A stretch of DNA of 64,000 nucleotides from Roseibacillus sp. (GTDB taxonomy: Bacteria; Verrucomicrobiota; Verrucomicrobiia; Verrucomicrobiales; Akkermansiaceae). Location of the stretch: positions 1 through 64,000 of the forward strand of contig CBDEUM010000039.1 in the NCBI GenBank assembly GCA_965242925.1, written 5' to 3'. The notes under the pieces were generated by a model that saw nothing but the letters and a program-made list of their open reading frames with translations, was not told the origin of the DNA and searched no databases. This document shows positions 19,396-27,830 of the stretch, in pieces. The number at the start of each line of letters is the position of its first letter. Within the stretch, counting starts at the first letter, position 1. The position numbers and the translations under genes are program-made.

Positions 19396-21322
19396 GGATA
19401 AACTCGTTCAGGCAAAAGAGCATGTGGGCGAAGTCGCGCAGGGCCTCGAGGGATCCTTCCCCCACGAGCTGGCGACAGAGGGCCATTTCTTCAACAGATG
19501 CTTCCCGGCCCAGCGCAATGAGAAAACCCCTCGCAATCGCGGCCGCGGCATCCAGGTTCTGTTCATGCAGGCGCCTTCCGAGGGAGTCGGCCGCGGTGTT
19601 CACAAAGGGATTGTTCAACATCATGAGGCCTTGCGGTGCCGTGGTGGTTAGCTGCCGTTGTCCCTCCGACTGCAGGCTATCGGGAGCATCAAAGAGCTGG
19701 AGGAGCGGGATGAGCCTGGAGCGCTTTTGAAAGAGGTAAATGCTGCGGCGCGGGCTGGTGGCATCGTGGTTGCCCGCCTCGAACATCTTCCGTTCAAGGC
19801 CGCCACTCACCGCGAGGAAGTTGTCACGGATGGCTTCGGCATCAAGGCGTCGGGGTTCCCGGCGCCACCACAGCCTGTTCGCGGGGTCCCGGTGCTCATA
19901 GCTCCTCAGCTCGGAGCTCTCTCCCACCAGGGAAGTGCGATATCCCTGGCGGTAGGTCGCACTCATCACGATAAGTTTGTGGATCTCCTTGAGTCTCCAC
20001 TGCCGCGAGACCAGCTCGCTCGCCAGCCATTCGAGGAGCGCGGGGTGAGTCGGTTTCGCACCCCGGCTCCCGAAGTTGTTCGGCGTAGCCACCAGTCCGC
20101 GGCCGAAGTGATTCTGCCAGAGACGATTGACCATGACCCGAGCCAGGAGACTGCCGGCTCCGCGCCTGAGGTCGGTGAGCCAGGATGCCAACGCCACTCG
20201 GCCATGCGCGGATTTTTCTTCCGAGCCGCACCAGTGGTGTGAAGAGACACCTCGGACAAGGGCAGCCGGAAAGGCCGTCTTCATGCTCTCGCGCTGTTGT
20301 TCGGAATCTCCCCGCTCGAGAAAGTGCACCTTGGCGGGAATGCTCGGGAGATTACGGCGATGCGGCTCGGTGACTACGACCATCCTGATCCGGCCCCCGG
20401 GAGCCTCACCAGCAACAAATGCCTTGGCGGTCTTCAGTTCACGATTCTGACTGACCGTAGTCTCCAACGCCGACGCGAGAGCGTAATACTCACGTTGAGT
20501 GAAGGGGTCGTACATGTGATCGTGACAGCGCGCACACGAGAAGGACATGCCCAGGAAGGCCGTGCCCACCGTGCCGATCATGTCATCAATCTTGTCATAG
20601 CGCTGCTGAACATAGTCCTTGCGCGATTGAATGAGGCTCTCGACTCCGGCCACCATGAAACCGGTGGCAATCGCCGCCTCAGGATCATCAGGCCGGAGGT
20701 GATCGCCGGCAATCTGAAGGCGGACGAACTCGTCGTAGGGCAGGTCTTCATTGAATGATCGAATGACCCAGTTACGATAGGGCCAGGCGTGAGCACGGTC
20801 CTGGTCCTGCTCGTAGCCCGTGCTCTCCGCGAAACGCGCCACGTCCAGCCAGTACCGTGCCCAGCGTTCCCCGAAGCGGGGACTGGCCAGCAATTCGTTG
20901 ACGAGATTTTCATAGCCTTGAGTTGGTGCGGAGCGGAAACGGAGGACTTCCTCGGGCCGGGGAGGAAGGCCGTGCAGGTCGAAGTAGAGCCGACGAGCGA
21001 GAACCATCGGAGCTCCCATCGGGCCGGGTTTGATTCCAGCTCCCTCGAGTTTTCCGGCAATGAAACGGTCGATGGCGTTCAAAGCCCAGCCATCACCTGC
21101 CTCGGGAACCGCAGGACGGACGAGGGGTTGTAGTGACCAGAGCTCCCTTGCGGTGATCTGTTTGGGTTCACGAGCCGAGCTTGTTCCGGCAACAAGCCCG
21201 CTCACAAGAAGTGTAACGAAGAGAATGCAGAGGTGGTGGAACTTCGAGCACACTGAATCAATCATCTCGAATGAACAGACCCCCGCAAGAACTATGTAGA
21301 GGGAAGTATAGGGAACACGCAT
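19385..21322 (-). CDS. DUF1549/DUF1553 (PSD1) planctomycete cytochrome c-associated protein
   Basis: NAIDRFI, RRLYFDLHGLPP, GERWARYWLDVAR, CARCHDH, VNRLWQNHFGRGLV, RRLDAEAIRD. Overlaps the DUF1501 gene. Start uncertain (21265 or 21322). Confidence 0.9.
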   Translation of the reverse strand: MRVPYTSLYIVLAGVCSFEMIDSVCSKFHHLCILFVTLLVSGLVAGTSSAREPKQITARELWSLQPLVRPAVPEAGDGWALNAIDRFIAGKLEGAGIKPGPMGAPMVLARRLYFDLHGLPPRPEEVLRFRSAPTQGYENLVNELLASPRFGERWARYWLDVARFAESTGYEQDQDRAHAWPYRNWVIRSFNEDLPYDEFVRLQIAGDHLRPDDPEAAIATGFMVAGVESLIQSRKDYVQQRYDKIDDMIGTVGTAFLGMSFSCARCHDHMYDPFTQREYYALASALETTVSQNRELKTAKAFVAGEAPGGRIRMVVVTEPHRRNLPSIPAKVHFLERGDSEQQRESMKTAFPAALVRGVSSHHWCGSEEKSAHGRVALASWLTDLRRGAGSLLARVMVNRLWQNHFGRGLVATPNNFGSRGAKPTHPALLEWLASELVSRQWRLKEIHKLIVMSATYRQGYRTSLVGESSELRSYEHRDPANRLWWRREPRRLDAEAIRDNFLAVSGGLERKMFEAGNHDATSPRRSIYLFQKRSRLIPLLQLFDAPDSLQSEGQRQLTTTAPQGLMMLNNPFVNTAADSLGRRLHEQNLDAAAAIARGFLIALGREASVEEMALCRQLVGEGSLEALRDFAHMLFCLNEFIHVE

Positions 21323-21368
21323 GGTTCGCTTGATCTCGAACTCCTGCCATGCAGCATTCGACCAGCCC

Positions 21369-23960
21369 ATGAGAGCCGCCCGTCTTTCGCTCCCCCTCAT
21401 TCTGACCACCAGCCTGACGGGACTTGCCGAGCCCACCGATCGCGTGGTCGAGAAAAGCCCGATTCTCAAGCCGCTCTCACCCGGGGAATCGATGAAGCAC
21501 ATCAGGCTTCCGCCCGGCTTCAGACTCGAACTGGTAGCCTCCGAACCACAGGTCCGTGAACCGGTAGCCCTGGCGTGGGACGGCAACGGACGCATGTTCG
21601 TAGTCGAGATGCGCAGCTACATGCAGGATATCGAAGGGGCCGGAGCCCGGGACCCGGTGGGCAGGATCTCCCTTCACGAGGATACCGATGGCGATGGCAG
21701 GATGGACAAGCACACAGTCTATCTCGATGGCCTGGTCGAACCGCGCGCCATCCTCGCTGTTGACGATGGCCTTCTAGTCGGCGAACCTCCGGATCTCTGG
21801 TACTGCCGCGATCTCGACGGCAATGGGGTGGCCGACAGCAAAGTGCGCGTCTACGACCGCTTCTCGATGCGCACCAGCAATGTCGAGCACAAGGCCAATG
21901 GCTTGCTCTGGGGAATCGACAACTGGATTCAAACTTCCCAGCACGGCCGGCGCTATCAGCTCATCAAGCGCAAGCTCCGCACCGAAACGGTGATGGTGAC
22001 CGGGCAGTGGGGCCTGACCCAGAACGACCACGGCAGGCTCCTCTTCACCACCAATCCCATTCCCGCCATCGGTCTCTTTGTCCCGCCCCACTATCACCAT
22101 CCCGATCCGGACCGGCAGATTCGACGTGGCCCCATGGCGGCCGCAGTGCGGGGAATGGGCGACTACTTCAGCGTCTGGCCCGGCATGGTGACGCCTGACC
22201 TGCAAGCCGGCCCGGGCATGGCGCGCCAGGACGACGGCACCCTTAAGGTGTTTACCGCGGCCTGCGGACAGACCTTCTTCCGGGGCGACCGCCTCGGGGA
22301 GGACATCGCCGGAGACTACTTCGTATGCGAGCCCGTCGGCCGCCTCGTCCGCCGATCCAGGGTCCGCTACGCCGACTCCGGTCACATCGAGCTTACCAAC
22401 ACGCAGGAGAAAAACCTCGGCGAGTTCATCTCTTCCAGCGACGGCAACTTCCGCCCAGTCAATCTCTACACCGGGCCGGATGGGTGCCTCTACCTCGTCG
22501 ACATGTACCATGGGATCATCCAAGAGAAGGCTTACATCAACGACTATCTGCGCGAACAGATCCTGAAGGCCGGTTACGAAAAGAACATCGGGCGGGGCCG
22601 GATCTACCGCGTAGCCCGGGAAGGAGTGAACCGCGGACCCCGCCCAAGGCTCCTTGAAGCCAGCCCCGCTGAGCTCGTGCACACCCTGGCCCACCCGAAC
22701 GGTTGGTGGCGCGATACGGCCCAGAGCCTCCTCGTCACGCGCCAGCTCCACGCCGTCGCTCCCGCCCTCAAGGCGATGGCAACATCGCACGGGAACCCGC
22801 TCGCCCGCCTGCATGCCCTCTGGACTCTCGACGGACTGGGGAAACTTGACCAGGGCACGAGCTTCGCCGGGCTCAGGGACGAAGACGCCCGTGTCCGCGC
22901 CGCGGCCGTGCGGACCATGGAGCACGCACTCGAAACGAAGGCCCTGCCCGCTCACTACGCACGACTCCAACCCCTGGTTGACGACCCAAGCACCCAGGTT
23001 GTCGCTCAACTCATTCTCACGGCGAGCCAGGCAGACACCGAGGCAAGCCGGGAGCTCATCGCAAGGTGCATCGCGAAACACCCGATGAACGAATGGATCC
23101 TCAACGCGGTGGCTGCCGCCACCCCCCGCCACCGCCTGATCGAATTGCTGCCCGGGATTCTTGCCCATCCCCGGTTCCGGAGCTCTCAGCTCACCAAGGA
23201 GACCAGCGCTCAGCTGGACCGGTGGCAGCATGATTGTGTCGCGGGCACGGTCGCGGGCAGAAACCCACAGGCATTCAAAAAGCTTCTTGATCTCATCGCA
23301 GCGGCGGACGCCCCGCGTGCGCAGGCGATGCTGCAGGCAATCTCGAAGGCCGTTCCCCGCAAAGAGCGGCCGCCAAACGCCAGGCCCGTTCGCTTCGCCT
23401 CCAAACCGAAGGGTATCGCCGCCCTCGAGCAACGGCCGGAGGCGCCCGTCCGCGAGCACCTCACCGCCATCTCGTTCCTCTTTACCTGGCCGGGACTGGC
23501 AAGCTACCACCCCGCCCCGGAAGATCGGACCCCCACCCTGACTAGGGAGGAACTTGCTCTGTTCGAACAGGGGAAAGCCATTTACCGCGAACTATGCACC
23601 ACCTGCCATGCCCCCGATGGGAACGGATTGAAAGGACCTGACGGAAGGAATCTACTCGCCCCGCCCCTTCCTGGTTCCCCCCGCCTCGAAGAGAACCGCG
23701 AGGCCGCCATTCAGATCATGCTGCATGGACTGACCGGCGAACTTGACGGCAAAAAGTACGAGGGCCTCATGGCTCCCTTCGGAGCGTCGAACGACGATAC
23801 CTGGGTGGCCGCCGTTCTCACCTACGTGCGCCGCGAGTGGGGAAATGCCGGTTCCCCCATCCAGCCATCTGACGTGTCCTCCGTGCGGAAGAAGTTCAAG
23901 GACCGTGAAAAGCCGTGGATCCAGGAAGAGCTCAACTGGAAGCTGCGGCCCAGGAAGTGA
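21369..23960 (+). CDS. PVC-type dehydrogenase-like beta-propeller/HEAT/cytochrome c protein
   Basis: LPPGFRLELVASEP, FRPVNLYTGPDGCLYLVDM, HEAT repeats, CTTCH haem motif. Likely ATG at 21369. Confidence 0.88.
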   Translation: MRAARLSLPLILTTSLTGLAEPTDRVVEKSPILKPLSPGESMKHIRLPPGFRLELVASEPQVREPVALAWDGNGRMFVVEMRSYMQDIEGAGARDPVGRISLHEDTDGDGRMDKHTVYLDGLVEPRAILAVDDGLLVGEPPDLWYCRDLDGNGVADSKVRVYDRFSMRTSNVEHKANGLLWGIDNWIQTSQHGRRYQLIKRKLRTETVMVTGQWGLTQNDHGRLLFTTNPIPAIGLFVPPHYHHPDPDRQIRRGPMAAAVRGMGDYFSVWPGMVTPDLQAGPGMARQDDGTLKVFTAACGQTFFRGDRLGEDIAGDYFVCEPVGRLVRRSRVRYADSGHIELTNTQEKNLGEFISSSDGNFRPVNLYTGPDGCLYLVDMYHGIIQEKAYINDYLREQILKAGYEKNIGRGRIYRVAREGVNRGPRPRLLEASPAELVHTLAHPNGWWRDTAQSLLVTRQLHAVAPALKAMATSHGNPLARLHALWTLDGLGKLDQGTSFAGLRDEDARVRAAAVRTMEHALETKALPAHYARLQPLVDDPSTQVVAQLILTASQADTEASRELIARCIAKHPMNEWILNAVAAATPRHRLIELLPGILAHPRFRSSQLTKETSAQLDRWQHDCVAGTVAGRNPQAFKKLLDLIAAADAPRAQAMLQAISKAVPRKERPPNARPVRFASKPKGIAALEQRPEAPVREHLTAISFLFTWPGLASYHPAPEDRTPTLTREELALFEQGKAIYRELCTTCHAPDGNGLKGPDGRNLLAPPLPGSPRLEENREAAIQIMLHGLTGELDGKKYEGLMAPFGASNDDTWVAAVLTYVRREWGNAGSPIQPSDVSSVRKKFKDREKPWIQEELNWKLRPRK

Positions 23961-24028
23961 CCCGATCCTGCGCCCGGCAGGATTCCTCTTGGGATCATCC
24001 CGGTTTCAGACCAGATTGCGGTCGCCCG

Positions 24029-26737
24029 ATGAACCCCTTCCCTGTCTTCATCCTTCCCTTTCTTGTGGCCTCTTCTGCCCTCGTAGCCGACGACTGGAAA
24101 CCTGGGAAGTCCCCGAGGTCCATCCCCCCCGGGATGTTCAAGATTGACCCGTCCCTGGAAGTGACCGTCTGGGCCACCACTCCTCATCTCTACAACCCGA
24201 CCAACATGGACATCGACCACGCTGGCCGGGTCTGGGTCGCGGAGGGGGTCAACTATCGGGGCAACAAGGGGCAGAGAGCCGCCGGCGACCGGATCGTAGT
24301 CCTGCAGGATACCAATGGGGACGGAAAGTGTGATCGTTCCCACACCTTCGTCCAGGAGACCGGCTTCATCGCCCCCCTCGGAGTCGCCGTCTTCGACAAC
24401 GTCGTCTACGTCTCCCAGCCTCCGGACCTCCTCGCCTATACCGACGTCAACCGCGACCTGAAATTCGACCCTGCGGTCGACAAGCGGGAGGTCATCCTCA
24501 CCGGCTTCAATGCTATCAACCACGATCACGGGCTGCACTCCCTCATCGCCGGACCGGAAGGAAAATTCTATTTCAACAACGGAAACTGCGGCGCGGTTTT
24601 CACCGACAAATCAGGCAAGACCTTCTACCTCGGAGGCACCTATGGCAGCCGCGGTCCGAACTGGCCGGCGGATCACCTGGCCACCACCGGGAAGACCTCC
24701 GGCGATGGCCATGTCTGGATTTCCGGGTTTGCCGTGCGCATGAACCCGGATGGATCCGGGGCCGAAATCGTCAGCCATGGATTGCGCAATGCCTACGAGC
24801 AGATCCTGACCTCCTTCGGAGACATGTTCCAGAATGACAACGACGATCCGCGGGGCTGCCGCACCTCCTTTGCCCTTGAATACGGCTGTGCCGGCTACTT
24901 CACGCGCGATGGCAGGCAGCGCAACAAGGCGGTGCGGCGACCCGGGCAGCCCTATGCGCGGATCCACTGGCGACAGGATGACCCGGGCACCATGGATGCC
25001 GGCGACGTCTACGGGGGCGGCGCTCCCACCGGCATCACCTTCTACGAGAACGGCGCCCTCGCCGAAAAATGGAACGGCACCCTGCTGAGCTGCGACACCG
25101 GTCTCAACACCATCCTCGGCTACCATCCAAAACCGAAGGCCGGGACCTTTGAACTCAGGCGCTTCGAATTCCTCACCAGCAACCCGGAAAAGAAATACGA
25201 CGGATCCGACTTCGTGGGAGGAGGTCCGAAGAACAAGACTATCGACAAGGTGGCTCCCAGCTTTTTCCGGCCCAGCGACGTGACGGTGGGACCGGACGGC
25301 GCGATCTACTTCTGTGATTGGTTTGACCCGCGAGTCGGAGGCTCCGGTCACATGGACGGTTCCTTCTCAGGCACCATTTACCGGATCGCTCCCCCCGCCT
25401 TCACCCCGGTCGTCCCAGGAATCGACCTCACCACCACCGCCGGACAGATCACCGCCCTGCGCAGCCCGGCGGTGAATGTCCGCCATCTCGGCTTCCGCGC
25501 CCTCCGGGACGCAGGAGCCCGGGCCTTCCCTGCGGTAGCGGAGTTGCTCAAGGACAAGAACAAGTGGATCGCCGCCCGGGCCGTTTGGCTCCTCCCCTAC
25601 CTCGGAGAAGAGGGGCTGGGAACCTGCCTCTCTCTGTTGAAGGATCAGCGCTCCCCACAGCGCGTTCTCGCCTATCGCGCCCTGCGCCGGGCTGGCCACA
25701 ACATGGTGCCCCACGCCCGCCACTTGGCGGCCGATCCCTCCCCGCAGGTGCGCCGCGAGATCGCCCTTTCCCTGCGCGACCTCCCCGCTGCCAAAACGGC
25801 TGACATCTTCGTGGAACTCGCCCGGCGCTGCGATACCACCGACAAGAATTCGGTGGAAGCCATCGGACTCGGGGCCGCCAACCAGGAAAGTGTGATCTGG
25901 AGTGCGATCAGGGAGGGCCTCAAGCCAGGGACTGCCGGGGAGTGGCCCGAGAGCTTTGCGCGGTTGACCTGGCGCCTGTGGGGGGCCGCCTCCCTCGACG
26001 ATCTCAAGGCCCGGGCCCTCGACCTCTCGCTCACCCTCGATCAGCGGAAATTCGCAGTCGAGTCCATCGCCTTCATCGACGACGCCCGGGCCGCCCGCGT
26101 GATGCTCAAACTGGCTGCCACCGGATCCCCGGTCAAGGGCGAGGCCACCGCCTGGCTCCTGCGCAATGCCGCTGGCGAATGGGCCAGATACGATCTCGCC
26201 AAGGGACTCAAGGACCAGGGAATCTACGATCCGGAATCTGTCGTGATCAGTGCGGCCCCCGTGCCCACACCCCCGGACCGCGCCCCTGCTGTCGAAGAGA
26301 TCCTCAAACTGAAGGGAGACCCCTCCCGGGGCAGGACCGCGGCCGCCCGCTGTATCATCTGTCACCAGGTCGACGGACAGGGAAATGACTACGGACCCAA
26401 CCTCAGGGGGTGGGCCCGGAACCAGCAACTGGAGGTCATCATCCGCGCCATCGCGGATCCCTCCGCCGAGATCGCACAGGGCTACAAGGGCACCGAGATT
26501 GTCCTCAAGGACGGCGGCCTCATCCACGGAATCGCCTTCAACAACAGCGACCTTCACCGGGATGATTCGCCCCCGGTCGTCATCCAGTCCGCCGGCGGTG
26601 TAACCCAGCTCATCCCAAAGGGCCGCATCAAGGACCGCAGGGACTTCAAGCGCTCCCTCATGTATGACCCTGTGACCCTGGTCCTCAAGGCCCAGGACAT
26701 TGCCGACCTCGCCGCCTGGCTCCGGACCTACCGTTGA
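24029..26737 (+). CDS. PVC-type haem-binding dehydrogenase-like protein
   Basis: NPTNMDIDHAGRVWVAE, FRPSDVTVGPDGAIYFCDW, HEAT repeats, GDPSRG...CIICH...GPNL...DLAAWL. Likely ATG at 24029. Confidence 0.88.
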   Translation: MNPFPVFILPFLVASSALVADDWKPGKSPRSIPPGMFKIDPSLEVTVWATTPHLYNPTNMDIDHAGRVWVAEGVNYRGNKGQRAAGDRIVVLQDTNGDGKCDRSHTFVQETGFIAPLGVAVFDNVVYVSQPPDLLAYTDVNRDLKFDPAVDKREVILTGFNAINHDHGLHSLIAGPEGKFYFNNGNCGAVFTDKSGKTFYLGGTYGSRGPNWPADHLATTGKTSGDGHVWISGFAVRMNPDGSGAEIVSHGLRNAYEQILTSFGDMFQNDNDDPRGCRTSFALEYGCAGYFTRDGRQRNKAVRRPGQPYARIHWRQDDPGTMDAGDVYGGGAPTGITFYENGALAEKWNGTLLSCDTGLNTILGYHPKPKAGTFELRRFEFLTSNPEKKYDGSDFVGGGPKNKTIDKVAPSFFRPSDVTVGPDGAIYFCDWFDPRVGGSGHMDGSFSGTIYRIAPPAFTPVVPGIDLTTTAGQITALRSPAVNVRHLGFRALRDAGARAFPAVAELLKDKNKWIAARAVWLLPYLGEEGLGTCLSLLKDQRSPQRVLAYRALRRAGHNMVPHARHLAADPSPQVRREIALSLRDLPAAKTADIFVELARRCDTTDKNSVEAIGLGAANQESVIWSAIREGLKPGTAGEWPESFARLTWRLWGAASLDDLKARALDLSLTLDQRKFAVESIAFIDDARAARVMLKLAATGSPVKGEATAWLLRNAAGEWARYDLAKGLKDQGIYDPESVVISAAPVPTPPDRAPAVEEILKLKGDPSRGRTAAARCIICHQVDGQGNDYGPNLRGWARNQQLEVIIRAIADPSAEIAQGYKGTEIVLKDGGLIHGIAFNNSDLHRDDSPPVVIQSAGGVTQLIPKGRIKDRRDFKRSLMYDPVTLVLKAQDIADLAAWLRTYR

Positions 26738-26788
26738 ATTCCTGCCCGTCCTTGCAGCCTGTCAATGCCCTGTGGTAAAGGCCTTGCA

Positions 26789-27086
26789 ATGCAAAACCCA
26801 ATCCTTGCCGTCACCATTGCCGGACTCCTCGCCACCGCCCCCCATTCCGGGGCCTGAACCGATCGCGATTTCTGGATTCGACGTAGATGTGGACGCGGGC
26901 CAGACAACCTCCAGGGTTGCAATCTCCTTTCCTACCGTCGAGGGGGTCGAATACTCCGTTCCATACTCAGTGGATCTGCAGAACTGGAAATTTCTCGAAA
27001 TAATTACAGGTTCCGGAGGAGTAGTTCAGAGCTTCCATACAAGAGAAGAAAAGGAGCTCTACTTCAGGATCCTGGCAGGAAACTAA
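26789..27086 (+). pseudogene. Small secreted protein made of a verrucomicrobial C-terminal-type domain, with a one-base frameshift near 26838-26856
   Basis: ATG 26789 gives a signal peptide MQNPILAVTIAGLLATAPHSGA then TGA. Removing one base joins it to EPIAISGFD...ISFPTVEGVEYSVPYSVDLQNWK...LYFRILAGN. Confidence 0.55.
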
Positions 27087-27295
27087 CGAACTACTGTTAG
27101 CTGCCGGTCAGCCCAAGGGGCTTCCAATCGGTTCGCACCCGCCGTATCGAAGGCACGCTGTTGGACCCCGGAGCCCCGAAAACAGGGAATCGAGACCAAG
27201 GCAATCCCTCTTCGTATTCAGGAGTCATTTTATCACTCGACCCCCTCCAAAAGCCCACGATTCATTAAACAATCTTCTCCACCATCTCCCTATTT

Positions 27296-27327
27296 AACTC
27301 ATAACACTCTTGTAATGAGTTTGTTAT
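27296..27327. promoter_or_regulatory. Inverted repeat in the AT-rich region upstream of the HMA gene, possible operator
   Basis: AACTCAT-N12-ATGAGTT (27296-27321) overlapping ATAAC...GTTAT (27301-27327). Confidence 0.35.
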
Positions 27328-27429
27328 CGTGAATTCGGGCAAATGCAGGGAATTCCAACATGCGATTGAGATTTGGGTTTCCCCACGTATTATTCCGCGC
27401 GGATGGTCAACCCCATCTGTTCTAGAACA

Positions 27430-27741
27430 ATGAAAGTACACCACCTCATCGCCTTCTTGGCGGTTATGCTGTTGGGCGTCGCCTATGGTGCGGACGTCAA
27501 ATACGAGGCCACCTTCACGGGTGTCACTTGAGCCGGTTGCAAGAAGAGCGTCAGTTCGTCGCTCAAGAACCTCGCAGGCTTCAAAACTATCGAGATCAAG
27601 GCCGGTAAGAAGGCTAAGACTCAGTCCGTGGTCGTGGTAGCCAAAGAAGGCATCAGCAAGAAAGATGTTGTCAAGGCCCTCGGTAAGACAGCCAAGCGCT
27701 TCGTCTGCCAGGACTGGAAGCCGTCCAAGGACAAGGGTTAA
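27430..27741 (+). CDS. Secreted HMA/MerP-like metal-binding protein with in-frame UGA (putative selenocysteine, UxxC motif), 103 aa
   Basis: Hand translation MKVHHLIAFLAVMLLGVAYGADVKYEATFTGVT[TGA]AGCKKSVSSSLKNLAGFKTIEIKAGKKAKTQSVVVVAKEGISKKDVVKALGKTAKRFVCQDWKPSKDKG*. TGA at 27529-27531 aligns to the first Cys of the HMA GMxCxxC motif. Hairpin after the TGA; terminator only after the TAA. Confidence 0.82.
27529..27583 (+). promoter_or_regulatory. Putative bacterial SECIS element
   Basis: Upper stem GAGCG(27546-50)/CGCTC(27560-64), U-U mismatch, C-G pair and AGUUC loop (G at second position) starting 21 nt after the UGA. Lower pairings GCC/GGC and UGC/GCA. Confidence 0.65.
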
Positions 27742-27782
27742 AGAATCCTGATTCCCAAAGCTTTTACGCGTAAAGCTTTTTA

Positions 27783-27818
27783 AAAACGCCCCGCGCTCTT
27801 ACCGAGCCGGGGCGTTTT
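27783..27818. terminator. Bidirectional intrinsic terminator
   Basis: AAAACGCCCCG-c-GCTC-ttacc-GAGC-CGGGGCGTTTT between the convergent HMA gene and dgt. Confidence 0.85.
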
Positions 27819-27830
27819 AGTATTCTCCCC

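Noticed and set aside
26855..26857. TGA after the signal peptide at 26789 as a second selenocysteine codon
   Set aside because: The in-frame continuation is Arg-rich and not protein-like, with no Cys-motif context; the shifted frame gives the sensible domain.
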